Below, one piece after another: positions 38,746 to 51,294 of a stretch of DNA of 64,000 nucleotides. The notes under the pieces are model-generated. The model did not search any database, was not told where the DNA came from, and was given only the letters and a program-made list of their open reading frames with translations. The first letter of the stretch is position 1. Every line of letters begins with the position of its first letter. Made by a program: the position numbers and the translations under genes. This stretch comes from Felis catus (lineage: Eukaryota): NCBI RefSeq assembly GCF_018350175.1, contig NC_058368.1, positions 188,854,001 to 188,918,000 on the forward strand, written 5' to 3'.

Positions 38746-39546
38746 TACTTCACCTATGGTTGAAGTCGAGGGCACGCACACTTGTTTTCGGCCCTCTGTA
38801 TCCAGCCCTAGCCATTGTGCTTTGGCGAGGAAACCTTTATTGGCATCAGGTAGAATGCTTGTTGATAAATAGTAGCAGCTTTGGATCATGAAATCCTGTT
38901 CTTTATGAGTGTTTGGCATTTTGTGGAATTAGAATTTTGCCTTCTCTGGGTTTTCTTGGCTTTCTTCAACAGTCTTTACCTGGTCCTCAAAACAAAACAG
39001 CAGGAATAAATATCACTCTCAGACATGCTTCTTTCAAATTCAAAAGAAAGGCAAACAAAATAGGTGTCCCCCAATGCAGCAGAGAATAGACTCTCCAATC
39101 ATCTTCATGAAAGAATAAAGACAATATTTCCAGTGTTCACAAGATGGAGAACTGAATGTGTCATGCATGATTCTAAATCCCAGTCTGAATGAAAGGGAAG
39201 GATAGGGAAGTGAAAAGGGAATAGGAAACTTTGGAGCTGGGTGAATCCTCAAAGATAAAAACAAAATAAATTTTGGGGGAGTACATATGAGGACCTGTGC
39301 TACAGTTGGGGCAAAAAAAAAAAAAAGAATATCATCAATATGGCAAAACAAATGCTTTGGAAGAGGAACTAGGAGAGTTTCATTGATTCTCTGTGGTAAA
39401 GTAACACTAAAAGAGGGGACAGGTCCTCCCTTCTCTGGCCCCACAAACTGAATGGTAATGCCCTTCTTTGCAATGGGCTGGACAGAAAAGTGTGGTGTTT
39501 TCTCTAAGGGTATCCAATCCTTTGGGTCCCCTGATAAGCAACAGCA

Positions 39547-39561
39547 CATTGTTATGCAAAT
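39547..39561 (+). promoter_or_regulatory. Canonical SOX-POU (SOX2-OCT4-type) composite motif
   Basis: Exact CATTGTTATGCAAAT in unique sequence; function untested. Confidence 0.55.
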
Positions 39562-39741
39562 TGTCCCTATTCCCAGCGGGATTTTGCTGCGCCTTGTGAA
39601 GGCCTCTGCTGGGAAAAGCGCTTTTCAGCTGTCTCCTCCTGGGTTGATATCTTTATAGAGCGACCAGGGCAGACAGCGTTCTGCATTTTGTTCCACATTG
39701 TGCCCAGCGTTCTAGTGTCTTCCATTTCTGCTTCAGTTTTA

Positions 39742-39742
<1 letters not shown>

Positions 39743-39780
<38 letters not shown>
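39743..39780. repeat. (AC)19 microsatellite
   Basis: Direct read. Confidence 0.97.
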
Positions 39781-39782
<2 letters not shown>

Positions 39783-41938
39783 CACCACCAGTGCCGTTCC
39801 CTTCTGACACACTCCAGAAGACTCCAGCCCTCCCTTCAGCCTTCTGAGGGAAAATTACACGTCATCCTTCTTTTCTTTCCCTTTCCTTCTTTGTCACGGG
39901 AACATAAAACCTCCTTCAGTTGCTGTGAGTTGGCTTTATGAAGTCATTTTGAATCTTTTCAAGAGTAGGTTACAAGTGAATGCTTTCAACATCACACATG
40001 TTGAAATCACCTCAAGTTTTGCTTATGACCTTCTCACCCCCACCCCTGGCAAGGTATTGCCAATGGCTCTTGTCTGCTGTGCAGTATTTTCAGTATCTTT
40101 ATTGCCCAAAAGTTGTGCAAACACCAGTAGACTGGGGCAGCAAGTCTTCACTCAACTCATTGGTCCACTAGACTTTCCAGTTTGCTGTGTGGTATGTGAC
40201 CTCAGACTGTACTTTCAAACCATTTTCCTGAGCATCATTCATTGCTCAATTTTCAAATAACAAGAAAAAGAATGCCCTTGCATCACTGTCAGTTTCTCTC
40301 TGTTCTCTGAGGGTGTGTGAAGGGTGTTAGACTTGACTTAGCCCTTCACAGACCCAGGGAAAACAAGTTGGGCAATGCAGTCCCTGCCGGACTAAGTCCA
40401 ACTCAAATACTTTTGTAATAAACATGTAATGAAAACATGTTGGCACTGCTTACTTTAGTTTTCTTTAAATTTCTGAGTGATATTTTTAAGGAAAAAGAAA
40501 GCATGTTTAGCATGCCAGTGTTTCGCGGATATAGATTGGAAGACCTAAACTCTGAGCCACACATAAAATGAAAGTCTGTAAACTCTGGGCTTGTAAAACA
40601 TGAATCTTTGTTTAGGCAGTTAAATTAAAGCTCTTATTTATGAATATTAATTTAATGGCAGAGTGGGGAGTGTGGCAAAAGATGTGTAGAATCTATTTTT
40701 GTTGTTGTTATTTGTTTCTTGGATAACTTTACTTTGAACCTTGGCCACTGGGTTCAAGCTAAAGCCTTGTGACAAAACTACATATAGAATTCTCAGATAC
40801 ATATGTACAACCTTCAGGGGAATTTTTTAAAAAAGTTTTTGTAGGGTTTGTACAGTCAGATGGTGAGGGTATCTTCTGGATTTTGTAAGCAAGTTGAAAA
40901 GATAAGGGTAAATGTGTTCTGAGAGCTAATCGTTGAAAGCCTGTCAAAGAGGAGGTATAATAAGGATCTTATAGGACCCATTTCAAACTTTCCAAAAACA
41001 TAGTTTTTCAAATTTTGTTATTTTTACTGTTTATGAAAACAAATTTTTTTCTGGAGTTAAGATAGAGTGGCAGAGAGAAAGAAAATAATAATAATTAAAA
41101 TATAACCATATAGACGTTTTGGTACACTCCAAAAAATGGAGCATTATGTTTTTCCAAAATCAAGGCAAGTGGAGAGAGTTGTTGTCTACACTAAGAACTC
41201 AGCCCACAAAGCTGTGGCCTTGAATGTAGATGAACTCACAAGGAAATTTCTGGCCTTCTTTGCCCCTCGAGTTTTGTCATTGTGTGTAGTGCTCAGCCTA
41301 CATGTGTGACGATCCAGACTCTTCAGTCAGTGCCAGAGCTGCCTTGGGCATGGCAAAGTGAGAAAAAAGGACACCTGTTAGAGAAGCATCCTCTCTTCTT
41401 GACTCTTGAATTTGATGAAAATGTGGAGGTTGGGTTACACCCAAATTACATGCCAATGATTTTGTAAAACATGAAGTCATGGCTTAGAAGGAAATATAAA
41501 TTATTCAGGTCTATTTAGAAGCGAATGAATACTCTATTCCATCCCAACATCCAGTGATCATTAATTTTACAATAAAAATGTGGACTTTTTCTCTAACTGC
41601 TGGTATTTTCATTATAACATTGACCTACCCCCTTTTCACTGACACTACTGGGCCTTCATTATTAGTTGGGATGTCAGGTTGTCCTGAAACCTGGCCAGGA
41701 GCAACAGACCAGAACTTGCAACAAATTTGAAATTGACATTGACCACATTTATGGGACTGTCATGGTTCCCAGTGCTGCATATTTAATCATTTGGAGAAGA
41801 AAATATAGAGGTTATTACACAGCTCTTCATCACAAATTATGCATCATATTTATTCCACATTTGCATCTGTGTGTGTGTTGGCATGCTTTGTTAGTTTGTG
41901 TGGATATGTCTGTGTATGCTTAGATATATGTAATACAT

Positions 41939-41940
<2 letters not shown>

Positions 41941-41978
<38 letters not shown>
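41941..41978. repeat. (AT)19 microsatellite
   Basis: Direct read. Confidence 0.97.
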
Positions 41979-41986
<8 letters not shown>

Positions 41987-42039
41987 ATGTATTATTACAG
42001 GAGTCCCCAGTGTATAGTTTATAGTTTGGAAAGAAATCA

Positions 42040-42420
42040 TCTTCCATCATTCGTCACTGCCTAGCTGTTGTAGACTGGGCCAGAACATCATTTGTTAACA
42101 GCGACAAAGCCGCACTCATAAACGCCGACATGTTACATTAATTTATAGGCACTGAGTGACTTATTAAAAGTGACGTGTGAAATATAACAGGACCCGGTAT
42201 GGATGATTAGGTTTCGGGCTTTGAATTGTTGACAAGGCAGGGGTAATGAATTGCGGGACACCAGCTCCTGCGTTTCCCCCTCATTAGTCAGTATTAGCTG
42301 CATTAATAGTAATAATTGGATATATTCATCATTTAAAATGTTTTAATAAATGTTTGGACAGTACCCGATCGGAGCTGTCAAATATTAGGCTGGAAGAGTT
42401 GTGACAAAAGAAAAATGATG
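42040..42420. promoter_or_regulatory. Candidate conserved non-coding element / enhancer
   Basis: No recognisable repeat, AT-rich yet CpG-retaining, dense TAAT/ATTA, CATAAA/TTTATAG, TGACGT and CTGTCA motifs; conservation not verified. Confidence 0.4.
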
Positions 42421-42639
42421 ATGTTCCTTAGGTGAGAGATTTATGCAGCTTTGGGGATGCCAGCCTTGACTTTCTACTCCCTAAGGAACTCTGAGATCAG
42501 ATGAGCTGGGGATACAAACCATGGAAATGGGGGAACCTGACTTTCTCTGCTTCATAAGACAGTTCTGCAAGAGGACCTGGAAGGAGGGCAGAGATGACCT
42601 GTTTGGGACTCAGACCTCTGACTGCTTCACTCAAGATAG

Positions 42640-42790
42640 TTTCCTAGGAAGAGATTTAGAGTCCTAGAGTTGACCCAGGTTAGTGGGGTGGCCTTGGGCA
42701 AATCCCTTTACCTTTCTGAACCTCTGTTTCTGTGCTTATGATGTGAGCTGTTTGGGTTCCTTTGAGAGTCAAGATTGTGTGAGTTACATC
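42640..42790 (+). mobile_element. MIR/MIR3 fragment
   Basis: gtggccttgggcaaatccctttacctttctgaacctctgtttc. Confidence 0.65.
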
Positions 42791-43268
42791 ATCAAATGTG
42801 ATTCTGTAAGTCTAGGTTGACTTCTAACTGACTTCCCCCTTCCTCCACTCCTAAGTATTTACTAAGGACTTAACATGAGATGGCTCCAATGAGGAATGAA
42901 AGAATGCATGAGAGCATTGTCTTGCCCCTGGGAAGGTGATCAAACATTGTTCAGTATATGTAGCATTATCTGAGTCATATGGAAATGGTTTTATTTCTAC
43001 AGTAACTGAAGTCTAGATGCATTCCAATGTTGTGGTTTAGCTCTTTATTGGCCTTTCTCTGTTCCCGTGCTATTGTATTATATGCAAAAGACATTGAGAA
43101 AAAGAAGTTTAGTATACCTTTACATGGCTTCTAGCTGCCAATCTATTCCCCTGGACCCCACTACTGCAAACAGAACAAAGCAAGGCAAAGTATAAACAAA
43201 TGTGTATTTATCTTGCATTTGAACAGATTGGGATTTTAGACCAACATGGAGACTGACGGAAGTCATTT

Positions 43269-43319
43269 AATAATAATAATAATAAGAAGAAGAAGAAGAA
43301 GAACAACAACAACAACAAC
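43269..43319. repeat. Compound microsatellite (AAT)5(AAG)6(AAC)6
   Basis: Direct read; in phase; abuts a MIR tail. Confidence 0.97.
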
Positions 43320-43324
43320 TAATA

Positions 43325-43580
43325 AAAATAGTAATAACTAAACTTTACTGAACATGTACTACATGCTATTCATGGCCCTTTGGACTTTGCATATATTCTC
43401 TTATTTAATCCTCACAATAATTCTCCCACATGGATATTATAGTTCCTATTTCACACATAAGGAGATGGAGGCTTAGAGAGGTTAATTGATTTTCTTAAAG
43501 TCACACAACTGATAAGTGGTAGAGCCCAATTTGGAGCCTGGTTTTTCTGACTTCATATCTTAACCAACCTGCTACAGCCC
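43325..43580 (-). mobile_element. MIR SINE
   Basis: tctcttatttaatcctcacaataa...gaggcttagagaggttaa...aagtcacacaactgataagtggtagagc. Confidence 0.9.
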
Positions 43581-43699
43581 TTAGCATTTGGGGGCCTGCT
43601 AATTTCTGAAGGCATGGTTCAGGAGGGATGTTATCTAATGAGAGAGTATTTAGAAAAGGATGAATAGGAAGGTGAAGCATCTGGAAATCATGTCCGGAG

Positions 43700-44450
43700 G
43701 TGGTAGAAGAATAAGATTTGCTTGTTCAGGAAAAGAGGCCTGGAAAGATCAAGTGGCCACTTTAAATTATTGAAGGGTTATCTTGGGGAAGAAGGGAGTG
43801 TTGCTTTCTGGGATCATGTTAAAATGGGAATTTCTGAAGGTAAAGGACAGGAGGGCAGAATTCAGCTTTCAGGAAGAGGGAACATCCTCATAGTGCTGAC
43901 CGGTTTGGATGGGAAGCACTGCCTCCCATGATGGGACATTTTTTTTTTGTCAGAACTTGGAGAATCTCTCTGGGACTGTTCACATCACTTTCCTCCTTGC
44001 TTACAATCTAGTCACACTGGCCTTTGTGCTAGCAGGAATGCTCTTCCCTTAGATGTTGGCATGGCTGGCTCCTTCTTGTCCTTCCAGTCTCAACAAACAT
44101 ATTGTTTCCAAGAATTTCCCTGACTACTCTCTTTAAAGTTCCCTCCATTCTGCCAGCAACCACTTTCTGTCTGCCATCTTTTCTTTTCCAGTAGCTGATC
44201 AATAACCAACATTACCTTGTTTACTTGTGATTTTGTTTTCTTGCTTTTTGTCCTTCTTCCCCACTAGAATGCCAGGTCCATGAGGGGAGCGAGCTTTCCT
44301 GTTTTTCTGAATTTCATCTCCAGCTCCCAGGACAGGCAGAGTTGCCAGAGCAACCACTTGTCAGGGACATTGGGGAAGGGATGATCTCCTCTTTGGGTGG
44401 GAAGCTACATTAGATAACTCCTATATTTCTTGCTTATTCTTACAACCTGG
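43700..44450 (+). mobile_element. CR1/L3 3' region interrupted by L2
   Basis: tttaaattattgaagggtt...ggcagaattcagct...ctgcctc; resumes at about 44350 with accacttgtcagggacattg...ttagataactcc. Confidence 0.6.
43985..44340 (+). mobile_element. L2 3' fragment
   Basis: tagtcacactggcctt...ggaatgctcttccc...catggctggctccttc...ccccactagaatg. Confidence 0.8.
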
Positions 44451-45019
44451 GAGCATTTTAGTGTTACGGTAGTTCTCCTTGTTTCTTTCCTATCAGAAAG
44501 ACAAGAGAGTGTTTGAGCATTTAAAGGACCTTAATACCTGCTCTTGGTCTGTTGAGAACCAATACTCTCTTCATATCTAAGATAACCCTTGAGTTAATGG
44601 GTTTGATTTTATCCCTTAGTAACTGTGGGAATTCTCTAATTTCTGCCATTCAACTTTGGGTTCATGTGTATTAGCATGAAATTCTGGCACCATTTATGTC
44701 AAATATATTTAGAACACATCAAAAAAAGAGGTTTGGATTATATCAGAGAGACTTTACAGAACTTGTGTTTATTATTAGATGATATTCCCCCTTTCATTAA
44801 ACAAATTAAGATTATTGCCACATAGTATAAAACTCTGGATGTTTTTCATTAGCACAATTTGGCTTTGCAAACATTCCAGCATGTGGTTCTTTACAATAAG
44901 TCATGATGTTTTGCACACACACTTCACAGCTAGAATGTCTTGGGGTTCTTCATGCCCTCCTTTCATTTATTTTGGTTTCTCAGTTGTAGGTAGTATTTTA
45001 TCATGCTACATACATGCTT

Positions 45020-45500
45020 ATTGTTCTTTCATATTTAATCATATATTTATAAACTATATCCCAGATTCTGAGGATACAGAGATGAAAAGACATGGATCTT
45101 ATCTTCAAGGATATTATTCCCTAGTTGAGAGATCAGCAAGTAAGTAGAGAGTCACAAAGTAGCGTGATAGATATGGTTCTGGAGGAATGTGCCATGGGAA
45201 TCTTGAGGTGCAAGATTCTATGTTTGACTGGAGGAACTTGGGAAGGATTGTTAGGGGGAGAGATGGCATTTGTGATAATTTTTGAAATACAGAGGAGTCT
45301 TCTAGACTGGGAGTGGTTGGGGTGGGGGTCTGTGTCAGGAGGAAGAAATAGCATTTGAGGAGGCCTGAGAGAGCTCAGAGGGTTTAGGAAATCAAGTTCT
45401 TTAGCGTAAAGGAACATAATGGACATGGGATGAAATGCAGCTGACTGGATTACTAGAGGCCAGGTCATAAGTGGTGGCTTTTGTGCCATGAGGTGTGAGA
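45020..45500 (-). mobile_element. L2 fragment
   Basis: ctgaggatacagagatgaaaagacatgg...tcttcaagga...gatggcatttg...gaaatagcattt...gccaggtcat. Confidence 0.75.
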
Positions 45501-46314
45501 AGAAACCACGTACAAATTTGAGGCACTGTCAAGTGTATTTGAGTCTAATGTCTCAGGAAAACAGAATAATTTCAGGCATCAGAAGTAGAGTCTATGGAAT
45601 TCACTTGTAGAATGTTAGTGTAATGAAGGACTGCTATTTTTGCCGGGATAGTCTTGTTGAACAATTTCCAGGTATGATGTTAGGAAAATGATAACCATAT
45701 AATAGGTCACTTGCTTTAAATTTTCCCTGAAGTGTAAGCTCATAATATGATGCCTACCTTACAAAGGATGAAGTTTCTCGGGGATAATAGGATTCCATTC
45801 AGCCTTTAAGCAGAGATTTCTTAAAACCGGCTTTCTCTCACTCTACTCTTGGACATGACATCTTGGTGATAGCAAGATAGGGAGGCCTAGTGGAAACCCT
45901 TATCGTGTCCAACATGTAACAGACTTTGTCGGAGATGAGTCTTTTTCTCAGCCCAGTGGCTGGCACAGTAAGAGCAGTGTTAGTGGCAGACAGAGGGCTT
46001 CTCTTAGGCTGTTTCCATTTGTGGTTAGTTATAACTCAAGATGATGACTATGTTGTCATGCGTATTAATACAGTCTATGACTGCAGGTAGAAACAGGTTG
46101 GACCTGTGGATATGCAATATATTCATTGTGTTTAGTTAGTTAGTTAGGTTTTTTATAAATATGGACACCCTGGGGCCTAAGTTATAGAAACTTCTTTGTA
46201 TCATTGGGCAACTCAAGGGCTACTTTTTGAAGTTTCCCCAACCTAGTTTGGCTGAATCTCCAGTTACTTTGACACATGTCAATATTTACAAATGAAATTG
46301 TTTTATACTTATTC

Positions 46315-46700
46315 TAAGATAATATGCCACTTTAACCTGACAATTCTTATCCTAGGTAATTATTTTGAGGAAATACTCAGATATATGAATAAAATTTTAT
46401 GTCCAAGGATGCTCACCAAAGCATTATTTATAACAAAATCTTGAAAGTAATCAAACAATGGGAGATTTTTTGAATATCTACTATATGTGATGAAATGTTA
46501 CAGAGTAAAAAAAAATCACATTTTGAAGATGGCTTAACATGAAAAAGGTTATAAAATCTGTATGTTGTTATAAAATTACGAGAGGTGGGAAGACTGGAAG
46601 GAGATGAGATACAGATGGTTTTTATTTATTTATTCCTTTTGAGGATTTAAACTTTTTTTTAATGATAACTCAACATTTATAATAAGAAAAAGCAAGACAC
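46315..46700 (+). mobile_element. Ancient L1 (L1ME-like) 3' fragment
   Basis: caattcttatcctaggtaatta...caaggatgctcaccaaagcattatttataac...aagactggaagga...A-rich end. Confidence 0.65.
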
Positions 46701-47534
46701 TATTTTAAAATATACCAACTGGAATTTTTAAGATGTGTCTGCATTTAAGATGCCATATAACCAAAGAAAAGATAGGGTGATGCATGATGGCAAAAAAAGT
46801 GGGATTTGCTATGGTCAAACTATGCTGCTTTGGCACTAGCATCTTGTTAAGCACCAGAGGAGCATTTATTTAAGGCAGCATTTGACTAAGCTAATTCCGG
46901 ACATTTCTCTCAACTCCTGTGCAGTCGGTTTTAAGTTGCAGGGGAGATTTCTGGCTCAGGCCAATTGAGAGAGTATACATAAACATGGGGTTTATTTTGT
47001 CAGGGATGTTCTTGAGAGACTCAATTCTCTACTGATCTTTTTTGTTCTTTGTGGCCATTTATTTACTTTTGAAAATACCCCTGCAGATCCTCACTTGAGT
47101 GAAAAGGAGATCTGTTCTCATGGCAGGGCTCAGTCGCTGATCAACAAGGCTCTAAGAATTGAGTACAAATTCGGTTACTGCTGTTTTTAACATTCTAGCA
47201 AGTTGGCTTCATTTCAATAAATGAATGATGTTACTTCAAATATTTTTATAAATTCCCACCCGTGTTTCATATTCTGTGCTTACTAAATTGTAGAAGGCAT
47301 TTAATGTTTCTCCCCACCCTCCAGTTTTTTTCTTTTCTCTTTCTTTTTTTTAGCTTGACTTTAAATAAGGCTCATGATAATGAAAGTTCTTACCCATCAC
47401 CCATTGGATTCTCCAGGAAACATGGGGGAAAATGACTAGAAAAGGTCTGAATTGATTGTACTCATCTCTTTAGTGAGTGCATGAGAAGAGAGGAGATTTA
47501 CAGTTAAGGTCCTAAATCAGGTCTGGCTGTTAAA

Positions 47535-47830
47535 GTTTTTGTTGAGGATTTAGGGAGGCTAAGGCTAAAACTGAGTGTCATCTTGGAGGTTAATCCATCC
47601 GGCTCTGGAATGTGTGTCCTGCTGCCTGTGAAAGTGACATGGTGGAACAGCTGAGGGTGAGAGGCACTGAGTTTGCCTCTGTGCAGGGCCTCGGAGGTGG
47701 TTATAATGATGGCAAGGCCAGGGTTCTGAGGAAAAGATGTTTATGCTCTGAGGCATGCATGCAGTGGAGACACAGGATATTCCATGGGCTAGGAGTGAAG
47801 GAGAGCAAGAGGAGGTGACCCTGAGCAACC
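47535..47830 (-). mobile_element. Possible L2 fragment
   Basis: Purine-rich diverged L2-like text (tgagtgtcatct..., ggttataatgatggc). Confidence 0.35.
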
Positions 47831-48214
47831 AGAAATGTCACTTGTCTATTTTGCAAAGCATTAAGCAAAACCCCTTTTTAAAGTTCAAGCTGACCACATG
47901 GACTGAAAAAAGTATGGCAGTGAGGGGGTCAAGAGTCTGAGAGGGTTTTCTTGTCCTTCTAAAAGTGAAAAGTGCTCAGTGGCACCAAGGAGAACCACGC
48001 TGAGATGGTGGCCAAGTCCATTGCCAGTGGAAATTACGAGAGGTGGCTCTTTTCCACCTGATGGTGACTTGCCTCCAAACTCTGAATGGGGCCACTTTAT
48101 ACTCCAGATCCTCATTTCTGTACCTAAGAACCAGAGCGAGTAGGCAAGCCAGGTAAGACACTCTTTATAAACATCTTGAATACCTTGCAAACAGCGATAA
48201 ACTGGATACAAATT

Positions 48215-48450
48215 ATTTAGTGAACAAGAACATTGATATCGGTCTTAGTCTCACCTGGGCTTGAATCCAGAGTCTCTCTTACTAGATTTGTGACCTCAGA
48301 CAAATGGACTACTAATACTACCTACCTTAGAAGTTGCTACCTTAGGGTTTCTGTGCAGATTAAATGAGATAATATTAGTAAAGTGCTCAGCAAATTAGAT
48401 GCAAATAGTAAGCACTCAACAGTAATTCTAATAAGAACAAGAATAAGGGT
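48215..48450 (+). mobile_element. MIR SINE
   Basis: cctgggcttgaatcc...tgtgacctcagacaa...gattaaatgagataat...gtaaagtgctcagca. Confidence 0.85.
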
Positions 48451-48574
48451 AATTATGATGAAAGTTTCATAGTAGTAGTAGAAGTAGTAGTTTTATTGCC
48501 AGTACTATAGGAGTTTATCCATCAATACTTGTCTTATTTCTCTGGAGATCCCAAAGTAAAGTGTTGGATTAATG

Positions 48575-48960
48575 TGCATTCATTCACCATATAGAAGGTG
48601 TTTATGATGCACAAAAAAGGTTCTATTGAACATGGTGTTGGAGACAGGATTGTATAAAATGTGTTTCTCCACTTAGATGCTTACAATCTGTTTGGACAGA
48701 TAAAAAATGTAAATGCATATAGAAATTACCAGATGCTAAGGGACCAGTATGGCATAAACAAAGGCCGTGGGAATCTAAATGGTCCATTTTGGCCAATGTA
48801 ATCAAGGAGGGTTTGGTGTCAGCCCTGAAGAATGGATTTTATTTCCTTTGAGTAGACAGAATTTCAAGTAGTGGGGGACAGAATGTTCAGAAGCTTGGAG
48901 GGGTGGGGGGATTAGCAAACTTTCAGGGAATGATGAGGCATTTGACCAAAAGTTAAGTGA
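48575..48960 (-). mobile_element. L2 fragment
   Basis: cattcattcacc...gatgcttacaatct...tcaaggaggg...ccctgaagaatgga. Confidence 0.6.
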
Positions 48961-49798
48961 AGGGCAGTTTCAGAGTAAAAAATAAATTAGTCAGTTTCAA
49001 CTGGGAATGTGGTCACTGAGGTTAGGCAAAGCCATAACTCCAGTAATCCGTTCAGATTGTTTCACAGCCAATTGATCCAATCAGATTCATGCATAGATAA
49101 CCTAAATATAAAATGACCTTGGTAAGTACCATAAGAAAGACACCTTCAGACCTTGAATGCCTTAGGTGTATGGAAGAACAGGACATTAACTCCAAATGGG
49201 AGAATCTGGACAGTTTTATTGGAGGAAGAATAATTCTTAGCCAGACCTGGAAGGATGGAGGGACTTCTCTCTCTCTTGGAGAGAAAGGCACTATAGGCAA
49301 AAGGAATGACTGAACTAAAACTTGGAGGTTGGAGAGGATTCTTCTTTCCCAGTGAAGATGGGTCATACATATTATGTTTGTGGGCTCATAAAATTATTCT
49401 ATTTTGAGACCAAGACCAATATAGTTTCCTGCATGTCACTTGAATAAAATGGAGTATAGATGAGAAGGACTTCTCATGTGCGATTTTTTTCATGTTCCAA
49501 CAGAGATGTGTCTCTTATAGGGAAAATGGAGTGGGACCATGTGTCCCGGACAGTAGAAGGCTATCTATATCCTCAGTGCCTGGCGCTCATCATCTAAGGA
49601 ACTAGGACAACAGCCCATTTGATCCATTGTCTCATGTCACTCACCCAGCCCCACTCCTGACCTCATTAGGAAGGGTTTATCTCCTATTAGAAGTGAACCA
49701 ACTATTCAACACTAAGGATCTGTTCCCTTCCTCCTGGCCCCCATCTTTCTGACCAGGTTGTGGATGTCTCAACATGAAGTATGGAGGCATGATTTCTT

Positions 49799-50020
49799 TT
49801 TTCTTTTAGTTTTGTTTTTAATGTTTATTATTTTTGAGAGAGAGACACAGACAGAGAGCAAGCAGGGAGGGACACAGAGAGAGGGAGACACAGAATCGGA
49901 AGCAGGCTCCAGGCTCTGAGCTGTCAGCACAGAGCCCAATGTGGGGCTTGAACTCACAGACTGCAGGATCATGACCTGAATTGAAGTCAGCTGCTTAACT
50001 GACTGCCACCCAGGCGCCCC
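49799..50020 (-). mobile_element. Can-SINE
   Basis: Perfect 16-bp TSD ggaggcatgatttctt at 49783-49798 and 50024-50039; head ends ...cccaggcgcccc. Confidence 0.97.
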
Positions 50021-51294
50021 TCCGGAGGCATGATTTCTTAATCTGTGTTTCAGAAAAGGGGAGCAGAAGTTCAGCCTCTACTAAATATTTGTCATTTAAA
50101 CCATGGTTTCTTTACTTTATTACTTTGCTGCCTATAAGAAAAAAAATCAGGAAAGAGAAAGAGCAAGTGTAGCACCTTCCAGATTTATTTGATGATGACT
50201 TTGTTGTCTAATGGTGACTTTATTTTGAGGCATGTATGTGTGCATGTGTGTGTGTGTTCCTCCCATCTTCTTGAGCAAATACGTCTGATGAAGCGTTACT
50301 TGAGAAGGCAGCCTGTGTCAGGCAGGTCTACTGTTCTTTTTAAAGAATTGTGGTGTCTCAGCTTCTGAATTTCTTAGGAACCTGAACTAATGCTAGTTTA
50401 CCACTAGATAGTACACAGTGTAATGCCAGTGTCATATTACAATTAACAGCAATTCTGATGACTGTCATCACTTACTGTGAACAGAGGATCTCCACAAAAG
50501 TATGACACCGTTACGACTGCTAATTCAAAAGCATTGTGTGAACTATGACAGACCCTGGTGTGCCTTTTATGCTTATTCAAATGAATAAAGTCTAGCAACT
50601 TAAATAGAGTCGAAGGAGAAAAAGTTTTAACACATTTCTGTAGATGAGCCCAGGAAGGGTCAACCAGGGAAAAAAAGTTGTGTTAAGGAAAGTAATTAAA
50701 CAGAGGCAGAGAGATTGAATATTAGTGCTTTTACAGAGTAAATGAGGATAAATTCTGTTAATTATATGACTTTTTCCAGTACTAATGTGATAATAAAGTA
50801 CTCTAATTCTGCAGAGGCTTGTCACAATCCCAGCTGAAGCAGTGACCCTTCCACTAGGTGAGACCAAGAAGCGACTTACAAAGCTTTCTAGCAATAAGCA
50901 AATCACAGTTAAATGGATTTTTTTTACACTCTACACAGTTAGTGTGGAAAACCACTACCCAACACTGTCATGAGACTGTTGGTGAATGGACTGTCTTACT
51001 CGAGGCATAGAGGGACTTATGCTTACTTTTATATTTAGTTTCTAAGGGAAGACATATGAGCAATTCAAAGAGTATAAATAGCCCAGTGCAGGATTCTAGT
51101 ACAACGATTAATAGCACCAAAAAAAGATTGTACTTGGCGTGTTGATGAAATTTTAGTCTTCAGGACTTTAATCTTACAAAAATTTACGGTGTCATGGATG
51201 AGTGGGAACTTGTATTAGGGCAACAGAGAAACAAAACTTGATTGTACATAACATTATAATTATGGTGGGAAAACAGAGGAGAGAGTTTGGGGAT

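Noticed and set aside
39565..39626. Hairpin as a pre-miRNA
   Set aside because: Stem only about 8-11 bp with a large asymmetric interior, and no recognised mature miRNA.
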